This document shows, piece by piece, positions 60,834-64,000 of a stretch of DNA of 64,000 bases; within the stretch, counting starts at the first letter, position 1, and each line of letters starts with the position of its first letter. This DNA is from Felis catus (taxonomy: Eukaryota): assembly GCF_018350175.1 (NCBI RefSeq), contig NC_058368.1, forward strand, positions 120,840,001 to 120,904,000, read 5' to 3'. The notes under the pieces were generated by a model. It had not been told where the DNA came from, searched no databases, and was given only the letters and a program-made list of their open reading frames with translations. A program made the position numbers and the translations under genes.

Positions 60834-62032
60834 TACAGTCTCGGTTTGGGAAAAATATTCCTATTCAGATATTTCCTACCCCATAAAGATACAAAGAGAA
60901 AAAAATCTCAAATAGATGGATTTACACAGGTTAGATGCTCCAGGTTCTCACTAGGTGCTAGAATTAGTTGGCACCCTTGTCTTTTGCTCACTGTTGAGAT
61001 CTAAGTTATCACTAAATGAGAGTAGTTCAGTATTTAAATTATGAGGGAGATAAGTGTGATTTGGAAACCTAATATATATCTTAATGAGTTCTGCAATAAT
61101 TTCATTTGAGATGCTTCAATTGTAATTTTAGACTAATTTCTCAGGGCAGAGGCTAACTTAGCACCTCCCATTTTATTTAATTTTTTGTAATACAAAATAA
61201 ATCAATCTTGAAATGGTTCAGTAGTTTCAATTAACTTTAATGGTCTGCTGCTCTCCACGTCATTGGATCAGAGCCTATGAATTCAGGCATGTAGCTGAGT
61301 TTTTTAGTCAAGTCCTTAAGAATCATATGTAGGCTATATTAGAGACAAGCTGAAAAGAGCTCCTACTCAATTGGTTTGTCCTGAGAGTGTGTCTCTGAAA
61401 TTGACATGGTTAATAAACCTTCACTGGAGGCAACTATGTGGCTTTTATAGGCAAGGCAAGTTAATGTTTTTCAGGTGGTTCTTCAGGAAACTGCAAGAGT
61501 GACCATTACCAGAAAATCAAGTGGTGGTTTATAGATACACAGCTATTCTTGACATCAAACTCAAAAATTTAGGGATGTGTTTCAAACAGCAGCACACACC
61601 TGTTATAAATCCATCCATTGCAATTTACGTTACTCAGTAATCTGGGTTATCTCTTGGGATAGAACATCATGTCTAAAGTAGTCATTCTTTTCACATGTTC
61701 TAGAGGTTACTTTTCACACATGTAAGATGTCTCTTAGAGTCAGTATCTTAGGAGTAGTGACTCTTACATTGTAAGCTGTAAACAAGGTCAGGTCCCTGAT
61801 TGAACCATAATTTTGGTCAAGTGAACAACGGTGCTTATCTCCGTGCATCACTACCAGAGGAGTCTCTGTGGTAGAATCTGGTTCTGGAAAATTGCTGTGG
61901 AATGATGTCATGGCAATTTAAAGACTGTGGTGATGTCAGAGGTATGAAGGAGTTGGGGAAGCTCAAAACTGGAACACTTGAGGACCCTGTGGGCCAAAGG
62001 AGTGCCAAGGTCAGATGTGAGTTTATCATAGA

Positions 62033-62258
62033 ACAAGTTTTTTCATCCTCAGGTCAACTGACAATTTGGACTGGTTAAACCTTTATTGAGGGTGGAGGTG
62101 TCTTGTGCTTTGTAGAGTGTTCAGCAGCATCCTTGGCCTCCTACCCCCTAGATGCTAATAGCATTACCCACTTCTGAGTTATGACACTGAAAATGTCTCC
62201 ATACATTGCCCAATCTCTCCTGGGCGGGGGGAGACTGCACCTGCTTGAGAGCCACAGC
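62033..62258. mobile_element. MER20-like hAT-Charlie DNA transposon
   Basis: TGTTCAGCAGCATCCTTGGCCTCCTACCCCCTAGATGCTAATAGCA...AAAATGTCTCCATACATTGCC...TTGAGAGCCAC. Confidence 0.85.
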
Positions 62259-62339
62259 TACAGAGGATTCAAGAGAGCATAAATAAAGGTTGGAAATAAA
62301 TAAAGATTGGAAGCCCCAAGCTGACACAAATTATTGGTA

Positions 62340-62680
62340 ACCACAAACCTATATCTCTCACATCTCCAGCTAGACAAATTCTCTTACTTCTGGCTCTTGA
62401 ATTTAACTGCTAAAATCTCTACTTGAACGTTCCAAAGACACTTCAGTGTCACCATGTTCCAAATGACCTCATGACCTCCCATCCCTAGAATCTTTTCCTT
62501 CTTCATGACTCCCAGTGTCAGTGAATGCACCATATTAGAAAACTAGGATTCATTCCTTACTTCTTCTCCCTCATCTCCAGCATACAATCAACAGTTCTTT
62601 CTGATTTTTACCACCAAGTATCTCTTGAGGCATTTACTTTTTAATATCGCTGCCACTTTGGTTCAAATCAGCAAGAGCTC
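62340..62680 (+). mobile_element. L2 remnant
   Basis: ATCTCCAGCTAGAC...ATCTCTACTTGAACGTTCCAAAGACACTTCA...CATGTTCCAAATGACCTCATGA. Confidence 0.6.
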
Positions 62681-62684
62681 TCTT

Positions 62685-63105
62685 AGGCCTGCTCCCAATG
62701 TGCAGGCTGCAAAGGCTCAGTACTTATTTTCCAGGTTCCCTTGCAAGTAAAGGTAGTCATGTGACTAATTCCTGACTAGTGAGACCTTACTGGGGTGAGG
62801 GGGAGACTTCAGAAAGTTCAGGAAGACGTTGTCCTCTTAATAAAAATCACGAAGGTTCTGATATTGTCCTTTGACTTCTTCCAACCACTTTGAATACAGA
62901 CTTCCTGTCCCAAGTTGAAACAATCACTCTGTGACCATGAGGGAAAGGCCACTGGAATCAACAGAGCTGAGCTCATTTTTGAACCATTAAACCAATGTAC
63001 CATAGCTACCTGGCTCCCATTATGGACATATATAAAAAACACAATTCCCATCTTGTGTACATTGCTGTGAGTTTTCTCTTCCTTATAGACACTTTCCTCA
63101 CTGAT
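62685..63105 (+). mobile_element. Ancient MaLR LTR (MLT1-like) remnant
   Basis: TTCCAGGTTCCCTTGCAAG...GGTAGTCATGTGACTAATTCCTGACTAGTGAGA...GTGACCATGAGGGAAAGGCC. Confidence 0.5.
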
Positions 63106-64000
63106 CTACTACCTTTGTGATTTTGAACAAGGTGTTTAAGAGAATTCGTTATTTCTTGATTTGTCCATGTATAAATGATGATAACATCCTAATCATTGGG
63201 CTGATAGGATAGCGTGAGGTCTGAAAAGGGCAACACTTGATGGTAAACATATAATGGTAGTAATTTTTAAATTACAACACTGGAACTCTTTGGCCTCTTT
63301 AGGTCCCAGCTCGCCCTGTTCACATGTATTTCACAAAGATAACCACATCACAAATAGCAGATAAGAAGTAGTGCCTTGGGTTCCCATGAAGACCGGGACA
63401 AGGTGCCTGCTTGCTATCAGGGACAATTTCCACTGCTGGCTATCAGGAGAGCAGTTAGAGGCTGAAACCACTTCTGAATCAAGGGGGCACCTGCCTGAAA
63501 TCGCCTTTGAGCTTCCAGGATCCTGGTGATATGGTTTGCTCGCTTCTTGCATCACCTACCTTAGCCAGCCTTCTTTGCCTTGCTTCTGGGCATCTATAAA
63601 TTACATTGCCTCTTGACAGATATGGCATGTTTTGTGTGGAGCTGCTGAGTTTCAAAACCGGGCACCTCCAGGCTGCCCATGCGGGAATAGGTCTTCTAAT
63701 CAGCTGCACTGACTCCACGTGAAGACTTTGCAAAAGGGAAAATACAACCTCAGGCTGAAGATGAGATGACAGGACGCCCAGAGTTTTCCTAGTTTAATTT
63801 GTGAGGCTTCCCCACCAGCATGTCCAGAGGAAAAAAAAAAAAAAAAAAAACCAGAGTAGTCGGGAAACAAAAAAATAGAAAAGAAAATGAGTGAAATTGG
63901 CTTGTAGGAGAGTGTCAGTTTGTCAACTGTTCTAGGAAATGGTTGGCATCACCTCTGCTTTGTCTCCAGCCCTCTGAAATTATTTTTAGCTCTTGGTAAA

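Overview
Mammalian genomic DNA, very probably from a cat-family (Felidae) genome: three SINEs match the felid Can-SINE (SINEC_Fc-type) pattern as I recall it, and the LINE-1s have carnivore/felid-type UTRs. I find no intact protein-coding gene, RNA gene or CRISPR array, so the window reads as intronic or intergenic and repeat-rich. It holds a full-length but disabled L1 (+, 9699-16889) whose target-site duplication (TSD) also encloses an extra ~250 bp 3' tag, a candidate 3' transduction. A second, older L1 (-, ~46717-52260) retains both ends, has a large internal deletion and a ~70-bp tandem array in its 5' region, splits an L2, and carries four nested SINEs. There are also several 5'-truncated L1s, 17 Can-SINEs of different ages, ancient L2/MIR/MLT/MER relics and microsatellites, one containing a perfect 58-bp palindrome. 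A few unique segments carry regulatory or splice motifs, notably a PU.1-type site followed by a consensus splice donor at ~35.5-35.7 kb. The only ORF-track peptides I recognise are L1 ORF1/ORF2 fragments; the rest are SINE-derived, microsatellite-derived or chance ORFs. Family names are recognised by eye and need RepeatMasker/Dfam confirmation, and boundaries of ancient repeats are approximate. I did not find a convincing new biological system; the most interesting signals are retrotransposition structures.
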